This document shows positions 9,753-21,517 of a stretch of DNA of 64,000 nucleotides, piece after piece (position 1 is the first letter of the stretch; the number at the start of each line of letters is the position of its first letter). Source of the DNA: Nitrospirota bacterium (GTDB taxonomy: Bacteria; Nitrospirota; Thermodesulfovibrionia; Thermodesulfovibrionales; Dissulfurispiraceae); assembly GCA_040754455.1 (NCBI GenBank), contig JBFMCP010000007.1:27379-91378 (forward strand). Direction: 5' to 3'. Made by a program: the position numbers and the translations under genes. The notes below the pieces were generated by a model. That model was not told the DNA's origin. It worked only from the letters and a program-made list of their open reading frames with translations, and did no database searches.

Positions 9753-10214
9753 CTACGCTGTAACCTCAAAGATGAAATCTATTTCGAGCGGAGCGTTCAA
9801 GGGAAGCGCAACAACGCCTACCGCGGCCCGTGCGTGTCTGCCTGTCTCGCCGAAGATATCGAACAGAAGATCCGATGCAGCATTGAGGACCTTCGGTTGC
9901 TCGGTGAAACCGACAGCGGAGGCGACGTAGCCGTTCAGTTTTACGCATCGCGTGATCCTGTCGAGGCTCCCCAGGTGGGATTTAAGCAGGGAGAGGACAT
10001 TGATGACCACCTGACGTGCGTCCTCCTGTGCTTCGGTGAGCGAGACCGCTTCGCCGACCCTGCCGGTCCTGGCGAGCTTTCCCTCTCTGAGCGGAAGAAT
10101 GCCGCTCAGGAAGAGGAGATTGCCGGATTGCACGCAGGGCACGTAGGAGCCCAGCGGCTTCGGCGCTTCAGCCAGCGTAATACCGAGTGATTTCAATTTC
10201 TCTTCAGGTGACAT
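9753..10214 (-). CDS. RidA/YjgF family protein
   Basis: GSYVP, LFLSG, NAASDLL, GRHARAAVG and LPLNAPLEI motifs. Confidence 0.93.
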   Translation of the reverse strand: MSPEEKLKSLGITLAEAPKPLGSYVPCVQSGNLLFLSGILPLREGKLARTGRVGEAVSLTEAQEDARQVVINVLSLLKSHLGSLDRITRCVKLNGYVASAVGFTEQPKVLNAASDLLFDIFGETGRHARAAVGVVALPLNAPLEIDFIFEVTA

Positions 10215-10273
10215 AATAGCTCTGTTTTAGATTAAGTGGCTAGGCTGCCTGTGCTGCTTACGACAGAAATATT

Positions 10274-11533
10274 TTACAACCCGAGTTCTTCAGGGACGCT
10301 GATCTTGCCGAGCACCGCGGTTGCAGCGGCAACGGCAGGGTTTGAGAGGTACACCTCGCTCTCGGGATGTCCCATTCTGCCGACGAAGTTCCTGTTCGTT
10401 GTCGCCAGCGCCCGCTCGCCCTTTGCGAGGATGCCCATATGCCCGCCGAGGCAGGGGCCGCAAGTCGGTGTCGAGACGACCGCCTCTGCATCGATGAAGA
10501 TGTCAAGCAATCCCTCCTGCATTGCCTGCTTGTAGATCAACTGGGTTGCAGGAATGACGATCAGCCGGACATTGGGGTTGACCTTTTTCCCTTTGATCAC
10601 CTGTGCCGCCTCCCTCAGGTCTTCGAGCCTGCCGTTTGTGCAGGAACCGATGACCACCTGATCGATCGTGATGTGCGAGAGCTCGGTTGCAGGCTTCGTA
10701 TTCGAGGGGAGGTGAGGGCAGGCAACCGTGGGCTGTATCTTCGAGCAATCGTATTCCCTTACCTCCACATATGTTGCATCGGCATCCGAGGTGTAGAGCT
10801 TGTATGGTCTCTTTGCCCTTCCTTTTACGTATTCTTCGGTGATGGCATCCGGAATGATGATGCCGTTCTTTCCGCCTGCCTCGATCGCCATGTTGCACAT
10901 GGTGAGCCTGCCGTACATAGGAAGACTTCCTATCGCCTCCCCCTCGAACTCCATCGCCCGGTAGAGCGCGCCGTCGACGCCGATATCGCCGATGGTATGG
11001 AGGATCAGATCTTTTCCGCCGACCCATTTCTTCAACGTGCCGTAATAGACGAATTTCATGGATTCCGGGACCTTGAACCAGCACTCTCCCGTTGCCATGG
11101 CGGCAGCGACATCGGTGGAGCCGACGCCCGTAGCAAAGGCTCCGAGCGCTCCATAGGTGCAGGTGTGGCTGTCGGCGCCGATCACCAGATCGCCGGGGCC
11201 GACCAATCCCTGCTCGGGCAGGAGCGCATGCTCAACGCCCATCCTCCCCACCTCGAAGTAGAGTCCCAGACGGTACTCCCTCGAAAAGTCTTTGAGCATC
11301 TTGCACTGCTCGGCAGCCTTGATGTCTTTCTGGGGAGCAAAGTGGTCGGGAATGAAGGCCACGCGGTCTTTGTCAAAGACCTCCTTTGCGCCGGTCTTCT
11401 TGAATTCCTGTATGGCGATGGGAGCGGTAATGTCGTTGGCAAGGATAAGGTCGACCTTGGCATTTATCAATTCACCAGCAGCAACCTCTTTTTTGCCGGC
11501 GTGGGCTGCAAGAATCTTTTCTGTAATCGTCAT
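10274..11533 (-). CDS. leuC: 3-isopropylmalate dehydratase large subunit (short archaeal-like type)
   Basis: MTITEKI start with [30 protein letters not shown] and [11 protein letters not shown] motifs. Confidence 0.92.
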   Translation of the reverse strand: MTITEKILAAHAGKKEVAAGELINAKVDLILANDITAPIAIQEFKKTGAKEVFDKDRVAFIPDHFAPQKDIKAAEQCKMLKDFSREYRLGLYFEVGRMGVEHALLPEQGLVGPGDLVIGADSHTCTYGALGAFATGVGSTDVAAAMATGECWFKVPESMKFVYYGTLKKWVGGKDLILHTIGDIGVDGALYRAMEFEGEAIGSLPMYGRLTMCNMAIEAGGKNGIIIPDAITEEYVKGRAKRPYKLYTSDADATYVEVREYDCSKIQPTVACPHLPSNTKPATELSHITIDQVVIGSCTNGRLEDLREAAQVIKGKKVNPNVRLIVIPATQLIYKQAMQEGLLDIFIDAEAVVSTPTCGPCLGGHMGILAKGERALATTNRNFVGRMGHPESEVYLSNPAVAAATAVLGKISVPEELGL

Positions 11534-11681
11534 GGCTCCTCCAAATAAGTAAGCTTTTGAAACACATATTATATCTCTATGCGGGGATGATTGACAAGAG
11601 AGGGTTGGTGCGAGGGCTCTATAATAAGGTACAATAAAGTGCAATTTATAACCATTGAGTATACTTAGAGAGGAGAATCGC

Positions 11682-11903
11682 ATGCCTTACGTGAATATCA
11701 AAATTACAAAGGACGGGGCCACGGCAGAGCAGAAAGCCACGCTGATCAGCGGCGTTACCCAGCTGCTGGTCGATGTATTAGGAAAAAATCCCCAGACAAC
11801 GATGGTTATTATCGATGAGGTTGAGACCGACAACTGGGGAATCGGCGGAGAATCGGTCACTGTACGGCGGAAACGCGGCTCAACAGAGACAACGGTTCGA
11901 TGA
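11682..11903 (+). CDS. 4-oxalocrotonate tautomerase family protein
   Basis: N-terminal Pro (MPYVNIK) and NWGIGG; GAGGAG RBS. Confidence 0.92.
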   Translation: MPYVNIKITKDGATAEQKATLISGVTQLLVDVLGKNPQTTMVIIDEVETDNWGIGGESVTVRRKRGSTETTVR

Positions 11904-13363
11904 ACATTGCTTTGAGGAAGATTTCGCAAACTCTTCGCGTGGTGTGCATCACTGCTGTTATGCTGTCATGCATTTCCTGCGCCTCTCTTTCTCAAAAATC
12001 CAGGTTCGATGAGTTGTTCGATACCCCTTCATTCACTGCTGCGCGCTGGGGCGCATCGGTGAAATCCGTAGAGAGCGGAGCATTCATCTACCGGCTCGAC
12101 GATACCAAGGCCTTTACCCCTGCTTCGAATATGAAGCTCTTCACCACTGCCGTTGCTTTGGTGCGGCTCGGCCCTGAGTTCAGGTTCGCGACAGAGCTCT
12201 ACACCAACGGCGAAGTCAGGGACGGCATACTCCACGGCGACCTCGTAGTGCGGGGAAGTGGCGATCCGACGCTCTCAACCGGAGTATTCGAGAAATGGGC
12301 CGAACAGCTGCGTGCCGCCGGCATAAGGGAGATCAGGGGCGCGCTCATCGGTGATGATAATGTGTTCGACGATCAATACCTCGGTACGGGATGGTCCTGG
12401 GATGATGCAGCCTTCGGCTATGCGGCCCAGATAAGCGGGCTCTCCTTCAATGACAACAGCGTGGGCATCGAGATACTCCCCGGAAGAACTATCGGCGGTC
12501 CAGCGATACTGAAGACCGCTCCTGATACAGGGTACGTGACCGTCAGCAACCAGGTTATCACTGTCCCGCCCGGCAATGGCCCGAACGCACTCCGTTTCTC
12601 CAGGGAGCCGGGTTCGAACAGGATCATCGTTATGGGTGAAATAAGCGCCCAATCACCGGCACTCTACGAAAGGATCAGCGTGCATAATCCGACACACTTT
12701 GCCGTTGCAGCGTTCAAGGAAATTATGGAAGCCAAGGGCATCCGCATTGCAGGAGAGTCTGTCGACATCGACGACATCAAAATGATACCTGATTACCCAT
12801 CCATGAAAAAGATCGCTTTGCATTTTTCGCAGCCGCTGTATGAAATCATCAGGGCCACGAACAAACTGAGCAGGAATATCTATGCCGAGCAAATATTCAG
12901 AACGTTAGGAAAGGTGATCGGCGGCGAAGGATCGACCGCGAGATCGGCAGCGGTCGTCAAAGAGACGCTTAGCTCCATGGGAATTCCGACTGATACGTTA
13001 GCTGTCTACGACGGGTCGGGCCTCTCCCGGCTGAATCTCGCAACGCCGCTCCAGATCGTACTGCTGCTCGATGCCATGGCAAAACATGAATACTTCAAGT
13101 ACTTTTATGATTCGCTTCCTGTTGCGGGCGTGGACGGGACCCTCGAACGGCGGATGAAAAATACCGGCGCCGAGAAGAATCTCCATGCAAAAACTGGCTA
13201 CTTCCAGCAGGTGAGAGCGCTCTCGGGCTATACCACCACAAAAGAGGGCGAGATGATCGCTTTCTCGATCATGGCGAACAACTATCTCGGCTCTCCTACA
13301 GATACCCGCGTTCTCCAGGACCGCTTCTGCGAGGTGCTCTCAGGACTTCCACGAAGCCGATAA
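11900..13363 (+). CDS. dacB: D-Ala-D-Ala carboxypeptidase/endopeptidase (PBP4, peptidase S13), probable lipoprotein
   Basis: PASNMK (SxxK), SRN, DGSGLSR and KTG motifs; N-terminal signal with Cys. Confidence 0.93.
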   Translation: MNIALRKISQTLRVVCITAVMLSCISCASLSQKSRFDELFDTPSFTAARWGASVKSVESGAFIYRLDDTKAFTPASNMKLFTTAVALVRLGPEFRFATELYTNGEVRDGILHGDLVVRGSGDPTLSTGVFEKWAEQLRAAGIREIRGALIGDDNVFDDQYLGTGWSWDDAAFGYAAQISGLSFNDNSVGIEILPGRTIGGPAILKTAPDTGYVTVSNQVITVPPGNGPNALRFSREPGSNRIIVMGEISAQSPALYERISVHNPTHFAVAAFKEIMEAKGIRIAGESVDIDDIKMIPDYPSMKKIALHFSQPLYEIIRATNKLSRNIYAEQIFRTLGKVIGGEGSTARSAAVVKETLSSMGIPTDTLAVYDGSGLSRLNLATPLQIVLLLDAMAKHEYFKYFYDSLPVAGVDGTLERRMKNTGAEKNLHAKTGYFQQVRALSGYTTTKEGEMIAFSIMANNYLGSPTDTRVLQDRFCEVLSGLPRSR

Positions 13364-13527
13364 CAGGAAATATTCGGCGAAGACAGTCTCCAGTATAAGT
13401 TTAGACTATAGTCGAATTTGTTTTATTAATTTGATCTGTTCATCTTTCCATGCTACAACTGTTAAAGTAGCATACCCTTTACAACATGAGCTCCTTAACA
13501 ACCGTGTACTACTATGAGGTAGGGATT

Positions 13528-13857
13528 ATGGGGAAGAAGCTGAATTGCTGGGAATTCATGCAGTGCGGCAGGGGGCCGGGAGGGGCAAAGGTGGAGGGGC
13601 TGGGGGCATGTTCCGCAGCTACCTTCACCTCTTCCGAGGAACTGAATGGAGGGACCAACGGGGGAAGAATGTGCTGGGCCATTGCAGATATATATGCCTT
13701 CGGAGAGCTGGCAAGGTCTTCTTCGAGGAGTTTGTATGATTGCCACGATTGCGATTTCCGCTGGAAGGTCCTCCTGGAAGAAGGAATAATCAAATCCGGA
13801 ATGGTGAAGAGGACTGCGGTTCCGGAGAATTCAAACCAAGGGGGTAACGCGCTATGA
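13528..13857 (+). CDS. Two-CW-domain Cys-rich protein
   Basis: LNCWEFMQCGR, NGGRMCWAI and CHDCDF motifs; ATGA-coupled to the next gene. Confidence 0.75.
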   Translation: MGKKLNCWEFMQCGRGPGGAKVEGLGACSAATFTSSEELNGGTNGGRMCWAIADIYAFGELARSSSRSLYDCHDCDFRWKVLLEEGIIKSGMVKRTAVPENSNQGGNAL

Positions 13858-14228
13858 AGGTAAAAGGCCTTTTGGAGAGCAAGGGGAAAGAGATTGTGTC
13901 TATCGACGCCGACAGCTCAGTGGAAGACGCAATACGGTTAATGCACAGCAAGAAGGTCAGCGCGGTATTGGTTAATGAAAGAGAGAAGACTGTCGGTATC
14001 TTTACCGAAAGGGATGTCGTCAGGAGCTACGTTTCAAAAAACGGAAAAAAGTTCAGAGAGATACAGCTCAAAGATGCCATGACCTCCGACCTGATTACCG
14101 CAGGTCAGGATGACAATGTCGGCGACATCATGACGATTATGGTCAGGAATAATATACGCCATCTGCCGGTTATGGAAAACGGCAGTGTCATCGGCATGTT
14201 GTCCATACGCGACGTAATCGGGCTATAG
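13854..14228 (+). CDS. CBS-pair domain protein
   Basis: VGIFTERD, IRHLPV and GMLSIRD motifs. Confidence 0.92.
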   Translation: MKVKGLLESKGKEIVSIDADSSVEDAIRLMHSKKVSAVLVNEREKTVGIFTERDVVRSYVSKNGKKFREIQLKDAMTSDLITAGQDDNVGDIMTIMVRNNIRHLPVMENGSVIGMLSIRDVIGL

Positions 14229-14252
14229 TCCGCTTCGGATTGTTGAAAAAAG

Positions 14253-14276
14253 AAACGGCGGGGATTCCCGCCGTTT
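14253..14276. terminator. Bidirectional intrinsic terminator
   Basis: AAACGGCGGG-gatt-CCCGCCGTTT between convergent genes. Confidence 0.85.
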
Positions 14277-14302
14277 ATCAGAATAAAGGGAGCAGTTGAG
14301 TG

Positions 14303-14626
14303 TTATCCGCCCATGTAGCCTCCGGCTACGCTCTCCCTTTCGGATTTTTCAGGTTCTTTCACCGAGCCGGGCCTCTCTGCACCTTCAGGGTACCTCGTCC
14401 AGTCGGTAGGGCAGACCTTTGTGAGGATCTGGAGCTTCCAGTCTATAGTCTCGATAATGTCCCTCAGATGTGGTGCATGGGTGTGTACCATCTCTTCCTG
14501 CTTCTCGAACCCTTCCACGTGATCGAGCGTCTCAATCAGGTTGAGCAGTCTCGATTTCATGTTCGTAAGCTCATCGTAGATCTTGTCGCAATAACTTCTA
14601 ACATTTATGTTTTTCGTGGTTGTCAT
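14303..14626 (-). CDS. Hypothetical helical protein (107 aa)
   Basis: AAAGGAGG RBS, its own promoter and a downstream terminator; YC ... CPxDW pattern. Confidence 0.8.
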   Translation of the reverse strand: MTTTKNINVRSYCDKIYDELTNMKSRLLNLIETLDHVEGFEKQEEMVHTHAPHLRDIIETIDWKLQILTKVCPTDWTRYPEGAERPGSVKEPEKSERESVAGGYMGG

Positions 14627-14735
14627 GACAACCTCCTTTCATCGAAAGGATCCATACTCCCACGCTGCCGGGGAACCAGCAGTGCGGTTAACGTTCCGAT
14701 AATGTTTTTTCGGAACGTTCCCCTTCTCTGAATAA

Positions 14736-14764
14736 AGGATAAATCTAGTCTGGTTTAATGTCAA
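14736..14764 (-). promoter_or_regulatory. sigma70-type promoter
   Basis: Reverse complement reads TTGACA-17nt-TATCCT. Confidence 0.6.
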
Positions 14765-14939
14765 GAGGTAATTTATGCAAGATAATCAAAGTTTTTTAAA
14801 ATTATGAGAGAAGTTGACCGTAAGTTTTACCTGACCTCGGCGCAACTGCATGAATTATTTTGATGAATGGGCGCTGTCCATTAGTCGCCCAGGTTTGCCG
14901 TTTCTGAAGTATCTACCTTTTTGTTGTTGTTGATAAATG

Positions 14940-15335
14940 TTAACCCACAGGCCCAGCTAGGGTTCTCAACGCCTCCGGCAGTCTCTTCGGCCTGCCGTCT
15001 TTATCAATGCACGCAAAAGTAACATACGCTTCGACCAAGAGGACACCGTCCCTCAGGACCTGATTTTTCAATGTCATCGAGGCATTTTTTATTTCAGTGA
15101 TTTCCGTTGTGATCTCAATGATGTCGCCGAGGCGGGCGGGCTTTTTGTAAGAGATGTCCACGCGGGTGACGACGAGAAATAATCCCTGATGGTGATAATC
15201 AGCTACGCTGATGCCCTTCTCTAAGAGAAATTCTGTCCGTGCCCGTTCGAGAAAGCCGAGGTACTTGCCGTAATAGACAACGCCGCCGGCGTCGGTGTCT
15301 TCGTAGTAGACTTTTGCCTTATACGTGTGCGCCAT
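14940..15335 (-). CDS. YbgC/FadM family acyl-CoA thioesterase
   Basis: YEDTDAGGVVYY, ERARTE and PARLGD motifs. Confidence 0.92.
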   Translation of the reverse strand: MAHTYKAKVYYEDTDAGGVVYYGKYLGFLERARTEFLLEKGISVADYHHQGLFLVVTRVDISYKKPARLGDIIEITTEITEIKNASMTLKNQVLRDGVLLVEAYVTFACIDKDGRPKRLPEALRTLAGPVG

Positions 15336-15424
15336 GACCGATTATATAAACATTTTTGAGCAAGGAAAGAAAAGGGTCCGGGTAAATGCCCACGAGGATG
15401 TAATGGAACAGAGAGGAATAGTTG

Positions 15425-16930
15425 TTACTGTTTCTTTCTTGCAGCGAGCTTGTTCAGCGCGTTGATGTATGCTTTTGCAGCGGCGACGATGATGTCCGTA
15501 TCGGCGCCGTGGCCGCGGACGGTCCTATCCTCTTCCTCGAGGGTCGCAAAGACCTCTCCCATTGCATCGGTGCCGCCGGTAATACTTTTTATCTCGAACT
15601 TAAGGAGGTTGCTTTTTGTCTGAGTAATTGCCGAGATCGCTTTGTAGACGGCGTCGACAGGGCCGTCACCATGCTCCAGCCGGTCGACGATGTTACCGTT
15701 GATCTTCATTTTTAATGCCGCGGTGGGTCTGACTGTTGTCCCGCTCGATATCGAGAGGTCCACAAGGCTGTAGATCTCGGGGGTCTTCGATATCTCCTCC
15801 GAGATGAGGGCCTCGAGGTCCTCATCGAAGATGTCCTTCTTCTGGTCGGCGAGATGCTTGAACTTTTTGAAGGCGGTCTCGATCTCCTCTTCGCTCAGGT
15901 CGAACCCGAGCTCCCTCAGCCGCGTCTTGAAGGCGTGTCTGCCCGAATGCTTGCCGAGCACCAGCTCTGTCTTCTGAAGCCCGATGTCTTCGGGGCGGAT
16001 GATCTCATAGGTCATTTTTTCCTTCAGAAGACCGTCCTGGTGAATGCCCGACTCATGAGCAAAGGCGTTTGCGCCGACGATCGCCTTATTGGGCTGTACG
16101 GGTATTCCCGTTATCCTGGTGACCAGCCTGCTTGTGCGGATGATCTCTTTGGTATTGATATTCGTTGTGGCGTTATAAAAATCTTTGCGGGTGTAGAGGT
16201 TCATCACGACCTCTTCCAACGAACAGTTGCCTGCCCGCTCGCCGATGCCGTTGATGGTACATTCCACCTGTCCTGCGCCGTTGAGCACTGCAGCAAGGGA
16301 ATTTGCAACAGCAAGACCAAGGTCGTTATGACAGTGCACTGCGATCACCGCGCTCTCGCCGATCTTGTCCTTGATGGCCTTGATCATCGCCCCGAATTCG
16401 ACGGGCGTGGTGTAGCCGACGGTATCGGGAATATTCACGGTCAGGGCGCCGGCCTCGATGACCGCCTGGACGACCTCGATCAGATAGGGGAGATCGGTCC
16501 TCGTTGCGTCCATGGGAGAGAACTCCACGTCGTCGACAAAGCTCTTTGCGAGCTGCACCATCTCGACGGAACGCTTCAACGCTTCCTCGCGGCTTACTCT
16601 GAACTGGTACTTCAGATGGATGTCCGAGGTGGAGTGGAAGGTGTGAATACGCCTCTGGGGTGCGTCCTTGATCGCTTCCCAGGCGCTCTTTATGTCCGCC
16701 TCTTTTGCCCGTGCAAGACCAGCGATGGTCGCGCCGGGCACTTCGTTGGCAATGCGCTTTACCGCCTCGAAATCGCCGGGAGAGGCGATAGGGAACCCCG
16801 CTTCGATGATATCGACACCGAGCCGCACCAGCTGCTTCGCAACCTGAAGCTTCTCTTCAGTGTTCATTGATGCGCCGGGTGACTGCTCTCCATCGCGGAG
16901 TGTAGTATCGAATATCTTGATGATTCTCAT
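15425..16930 (-). CDS. leuA: 2-isopropylmalate synthase
   Basis: [31 protein letters not shown] and LGKHSG motifs; regulatory domain present. Confidence 0.97.
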   Translation of the reverse strand: MRIIKIFDTTLRDGEQSPGASMNTEEKLQVAKQLVRLGVDIIEAGFPIASPGDFEAVKRIANEVPGATIAGLARAKEADIKSAWEAIKDAPQRRIHTFHSTSDIHLKYQFRVSREEALKRSVEMVQLAKSFVDDVEFSPMDATRTDLPYLIEVVQAVIEAGALTVNIPDTVGYTTPVEFGAMIKAIKDKIGESAVIAVHCHNDLGLAVANSLAAVLNGAGQVECTINGIGERAGNCSLEEVVMNLYTRKDFYNATTNINTKEIIRTSRLVTRITGIPVQPNKAIVGANAFAHESGIHQDGLLKEKMTYEIIRPEDIGLQKTELVLGKHSGRHAFKTRLRELGFDLSEEEIETAFKKFKHLADQKKDIFDEDLEALISEEISKTPEIYSLVDLSISSGTTVRPTAALKMKINGNIVDRLEHGDGPVDAVYKAISAITQTKSNLLKFEIKSITGGTDAMGEVFATLEEEDRTVRGHGADTDIIVAAAKAYINALNKLAARKKQ

Positions 16931-17736
16931 TCCAGATTCTCCTTGTCTTCCGCTCTCCTCATGGGATGGGACGGCGGTTCTTCCTGCGGTTCCGTCTGCT
17001 TTATTTTTTTCCTGTTCATAAAAAGGTAAATATTCTCAATTATACCCCAAGTAAGGTAGATCATTGCAAAGACGAATATTGCTGTCGAGGGGTGGATCAG
17101 CAACACAAAAAGGACGAGCACAAAGATCACGAGGACCCAGAAGGGCTTCTTCTCCCTGAAGTCGATCTCCTTTAGCCCGTGGTATTTCAACGTGCTCACC
17201 ATCAGAAGGGCGAGCAGTATCGTAATCGCAGGGAAGAAAATATTCCGTTCAGGCAGCCCTGTCCAGAACTCATAGTAGAAGATGACAATCGAAGAGACGA
17301 CCGTGGCTGCGCCGGGTATCGGCATCCCCTTGAAGGCCTTTGATCCAGGGGCGCCGGTCTGGATGTTGAAGCGCGCAAGCCGCAATGCCCCGCAGGCCAC
17401 AAAGAGAAATGCCGCCGCCCAGCCGAGCCTGCCGAAGGGATAGAGCGCCCATTTGTACATCATGATCGCCGGAGCGACCCCAAAGGCGATGACGTCGGAG
17501 AGGGAATCGAGTTCTATGCCGAAGCGTGTTGACGTATTGGTGAGCCGCGCGATCCAGCCGTCGAGGCCGTCGAAGATGTTCGCGAGGACGATCGCCCACG
17601 CGGCGTTGAGATAGTTGCCGTTGATGGCGGACATGATGGCGAAAAAGCCGGCGAACATACCGCAGAGCGTCAGGGTGTTGGGCAAGAGATAGACACCCTT
17701 CTTGGGCTTTTTTTCGTTGACGGCGTGAGCGGCCAT
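16927..17736 (-). CDS. pssA: CDP-diacylglycerol--serine O-phosphatidyltransferase
   Basis: DGLDGWIAR...[17 protein letters not shown] and FKGMPIP motifs. Confidence 0.95.
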   Translation of the reverse strand: MAAHAVNEKKPKKGVYLLPNTLTLCGMFAGFFAIMSAINGNYLNAAWAIVLANIFDGLDGWIARLTNTSTRFGIELDSLSDVIAFGVAPAIMMYKWALYPFGRLGWAAAFLFVACGALRLARFNIQTGAPGSKAFKGMPIPGAATVVSSIVIFYYEFWTGLPERNIFFPAITILLALLMVSTLKYHGLKEIDFREKKPFWVLVIFVLVLFVLLIHPSTAIFVFAMIYLTWGIIENIYLFMNRKKIKQTEPQEEPPSHPMRRAEDKENLE

Positions 17737-17742
17737 ACGTAG

Positions 17743-18372
17743 TTACCCCCGTGTTCCGATGATGGTTTCCCCTGCGGTTACTTTATCGCCTAATTTTACC
17801 TTAAGTACCGTATCTTCCGGAAGATAGATATCGAGTCGCGAGCTGAATTTGATGACCCCGTAGCGCTCACCTTTTTTGAGGCAATCTCCCGGCCTGACCC
17901 TGCAGACCGCCCGACGTGCAATCGCCCCCGCCACCTGGCGGACCAGAACACGGCCGCTCTTCCCCTTGAGCAGCATGGCGATGTTTTCATTCTGGAGCGA
18001 GGCTTCGGGTTTGAAGGCAGAGAGGAACTTCCCCGGCGTATGGACAACGCACTCGACAACGCCGTCGCAGGGCGCCCTGTTGACATGAACATTGAAGGGG
18101 GACATAAAGATGCTCACCTCGATGGCCCGCTCTTTCAGATAGGTCTCTTCCGCCACATTCTGAATGAGGATGATCCTCCCGTCGGCGGGTGCGACAAACA
18201 CCGCATCTCCGGGAGGCGGGGTCCTCTCAGGATCTCTGAAAAAGAAGAGCATGAACCCGGTAAGGAGCAGCAGCAAAAGGGCCAGCCATGTCCCGCCTAT
18301 GATATAAACAATAATGGTGGCGACAGCAAAAAATGCGATGAAGGGATATCCTTCTGGAGCGAATTTGAACAT
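17743..18372 (-). CDS. psd: Phosphatidylserine decarboxylase
   Basis: FFRDPER, APADG, FMSPFNVHVNRAP and KFSSRLD motifs. Confidence 0.95.
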   Translation of the reverse strand: MFKFAPEGYPFIAFFAVATIIVYIIGGTWLALLLLLLTGFMLFFFRDPERTPPPGDAVFVAPADGRIILIQNVAEETYLKERAIEVSIFMSPFNVHVNRAPCDGVVECVVHTPGKFLSAFKPEASLQNENIAMLLKGKSGRVLVRQVAGAIARRAVCRVRPGDCLKKGERYGVIKFSSRLDIYLPEDTVLKVKLGDKVTAGETIIGTRG

Positions 18373-18378
18373 TATCTC

Positions 18379-18468
18379 TCAGTAGTCAGGATCCAGAATC
18401 CAGAAGTCAGAATAACAACCAAAAGAAAAAATTATGTATTCTTCTGGCTTCTGACTTCTGTCTTCTGT
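18379..18468. repeat. Intergenic heptamer-repeat imperfect inverted repeat
   Basis: tcagtag-tcaggat-ccagaat-ccagaag-tcagaat ... ttctggc-ttctgac-ttctgtc-ttctg; same unit type as 1234-1315. Confidence 0.75.
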
Positions 18469-18477
18469 TTGTTGTCG

Positions 18478-19521
<1,044 letters not shown>

Positions 19522-19606
19522 TTAAGCCCAAAGGGTGAATCTTATATATTACATATTTTACAAAATAATTTCAGGCATTTCTAAGGTAAAGATGATCACA
19601 GGGGCA

Positions 19607-19640
19607 GAAAACAAAAGGGCTGGCCGTATGGCCAGCCCCT
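19607..19640 (-). terminator. Intrinsic terminator of the cytochrome gene
   Basis: Reverse complement reads GGGCTGGCC-atac-GGCCAGCCC-TTTTGTTTT. Confidence 0.85.
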
Positions 19641-19659
19641 CCCGGTCGTCCTAAAAAGT

Positions 19660-21396
19660 CTAGTAAGCAGGCGACGGGCAAACGTGCGGGAACGGCGTGG
19701 TGTCGACATATTCAGCAACGCAAGCCGGGTCGCAGGGATCGCACTTGCCCCTCTCGGGCCGTGCAACGTTGTGACAGAAGTAACAGCCGATCCCCTTGGT
19801 CCCTTTATTAAGGTGGCCATGCATGCTTTCATGGCTGCGCGGGGTTTTCGGAGAATGACACTGGCCGCAGACCTGGCTCTGAGGGCCTTTCAGCTTGTAC
19901 CCCATCTTGTCGAGCATGGAATCGCTGGTTGTATCGAGATTCGCCCTCATATCACCGTGACATTGCGAGCAGGGCGCTACGCTGGCGGCAGGGTTCACGC
20001 CGTGGTTGATCATTTGATATGTATCGGTGGTGATCCATGTATAACTTTCGCCGGAGCATCCCATGTTGGTAAGACCCGATGCTACGGCGTCAAGGACATT
20101 GCCGGTGCCTTTTAGGTAGACAAAGGTATCAAGGGCGATCAGTTTGTCATTACACTTTGCTCCTGTGCCTAACGGCTGGGCAGCCGTCTTGTACTTGAAG
20201 GGTGTGAGCTTGCCGCTCGTAATGTCGCCCAGAGGGGTGGAGGTCGGATAGGTGCCTTTTGAGGAATCATAGGTGCGGGAGGCAGGATCACCCAGCAGAT
20301 AGCTGTCGCTCAGCCTGTTCCAGAACCGGTACACCGGAATCAGATTCGCTACCATATCGGTGTGCGGATGTCCGGGGCAGGGATTTGTGGAAGTGCAGGT
20401 TGTGGCGTCCCTGCCGTCATGCTTGATACGCCAGTCACGATGGGTCTCTGTAGCAACCTTAGCATAGGTCGGGATATGACAGGACTGGCATGCTACTCTG
20501 AACACATGACGGTCGCCTGTTGTGTCACGTACGCCGGCGGCTGCGTGGCCGGTACCCGAATCAAAATTTGTATGGCAGGTCGAGCACTCAACTTCTGACC
20601 CGCGGGTAAGGTCATCGGTCACCCTGAGGTCGGACCCCTTTCCGATTACTTTGTGATTCTGGAATTTGTGACATGCCTGGCAGGCGAGGTTCGGGCCTGT
20701 CGTATTCATATGAACATCGAAATTGGGATCAGCATTGGTAATAGTTGCGGCGGAGAGATCGCCCCTCTTTTTGGCATCTCCTCCGCCGGCATAGGCATGG
20801 CACTTCAGACAAACCGTTCTCGTGGGCTTTGTGATATCTCGTACCATTGAATCGGAAGGTGTCGGGACGCCCATCGAACCATCAGAGAGCCGTACCCTCT
20901 GTGTTGCGTATGACTCATTATGGCAGACAAGGCAATCGATATTGGCGAGCGTAGCAGTCGGATCATCAGGTCTCTTCCCACGTCCGACATGGCATGCGCC
21001 GCAGGCCGGCCAGTCGCCGAGGATATTGATGCAGTAGCTGTTAAGGGAGTTGGTAAGCTTGCCCTGTGGTGTACCCGACTGGTTTATGTTCTCCGGGGCG
21101 CTTCCTGTCCACTTGTAATGGTTTGTTGCCGCCATCTCATTGAATTGAGTGGCGTGACAGCTCTGGCAGTTCGCCGGATAATCGGAATAGAGGAGTGTCG
21201 CATGCGGATTAAGCGCACATGCAGCATCGCCGGTGCAGTCAGAATCTGCGCAGTCGATTTTTCCGTCTTTGTCGTTGTCGATTCCATCGGAGCATTTGCC
21301 GGCTTCCGAAGTAACGGGTTTTGCGGCGTAGGCATTTGATAAGCATAAGGCAAATACAATACAAATAATGCTGAACAAGACGACGACTTTTTTCAT
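19660..21396 (-). CDS. Secreted multiheme cytochrome c, octaheme tetrathionate reductase (OTR)-like with 10 CxxCH motifs
   Basis: Sec signal (AYA-A); 10 CxxCH counted; OTR-like HYKW..GK..NSYC, IDCLVCH, GGGD.KKRGDL, DVHM and VACQSCHIP motifs. Confidence 0.88.
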   Translation of the reverse strand: MKKVVVLFSIICIVFALCLSNAYAAKPVTSEAGKCSDGIDNDKDGKIDCADSDCTGDAACALNPHATLLYSDYPANCQSCHATQFNEMAATNHYKWTGSAPENINQSGTPQGKLTNSLNSYCINILGDWPACGACHVGRGKRPDDPTATLANIDCLVCHNESYATQRVRLSDGSMGVPTPSDSMVRDITKPTRTVCLKCHAYAGGGDAKKRGDLSAATITNADPNFDVHMNTTGPNLACQACHKFQNHKVIGKGSDLRVTDDLTRGSEVECSTCHTNFDSGTGHAAAGVRDTTGDRHVFRVACQSCHIPTYAKVATETHRDWRIKHDGRDATTCTSTNPCPGHPHTDMVANLIPVYRFWNRLSDSYLLGDPASRTYDSSKGTYPTSTPLGDITSGKLTPFKYKTAAQPLGTGAKCNDKLIALDTFVYLKGTGNVLDAVASGLTNMGCSGESYTWITTDTYQMINHGVNPAASVAPCSQCHGDMRANLDTTSDSMLDKMGYKLKGPQSQVCGQCHSPKTPRSHESMHGHLNKGTKGIGCYFCHNVARPERGKCDPCDPACVAEYVDTTPFPHVCPSPAY

Positions 21397-21500
21397 TCAT
21401 TCCCTCCATGTCGCGGGTTAATACAAGCACAGCCCCCTTTACGTAAGCTTAGGTTTCTTCACGCCACCTCCTCAAACTGCGTATTTTAGAGAAGAATATA

Positions 21501-21517
21501 TTCAATTAACATGCCAA
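21501..21517 (-). promoter_or_regulatory. Putative sigma54 promoter
   Basis: Reverse complement reads TGGCAT-GTTAA-TTGAA (-12 GC changed to GA); IHF-like sites and inverted repeats upstream. Confidence 0.55.

Noticed and set aside
11534..11683. N-terminal extensions in the ORF track for leuC (likewise the HDAC, dksA, NifU and response regulator ORFs)
   Set aside because: Family motifs and, where visible, RBS positions favour downstream starts, and the extensions cover promoter regions or overlap neighbouring genes.
21239..21430. ORF beginning MLVLTR, like the CsrA N-terminus
   Set aside because: The similarity stops after six residues and the ORF overlaps the cytochrome gene out of frame, so it is coincidence or at most a remnant.
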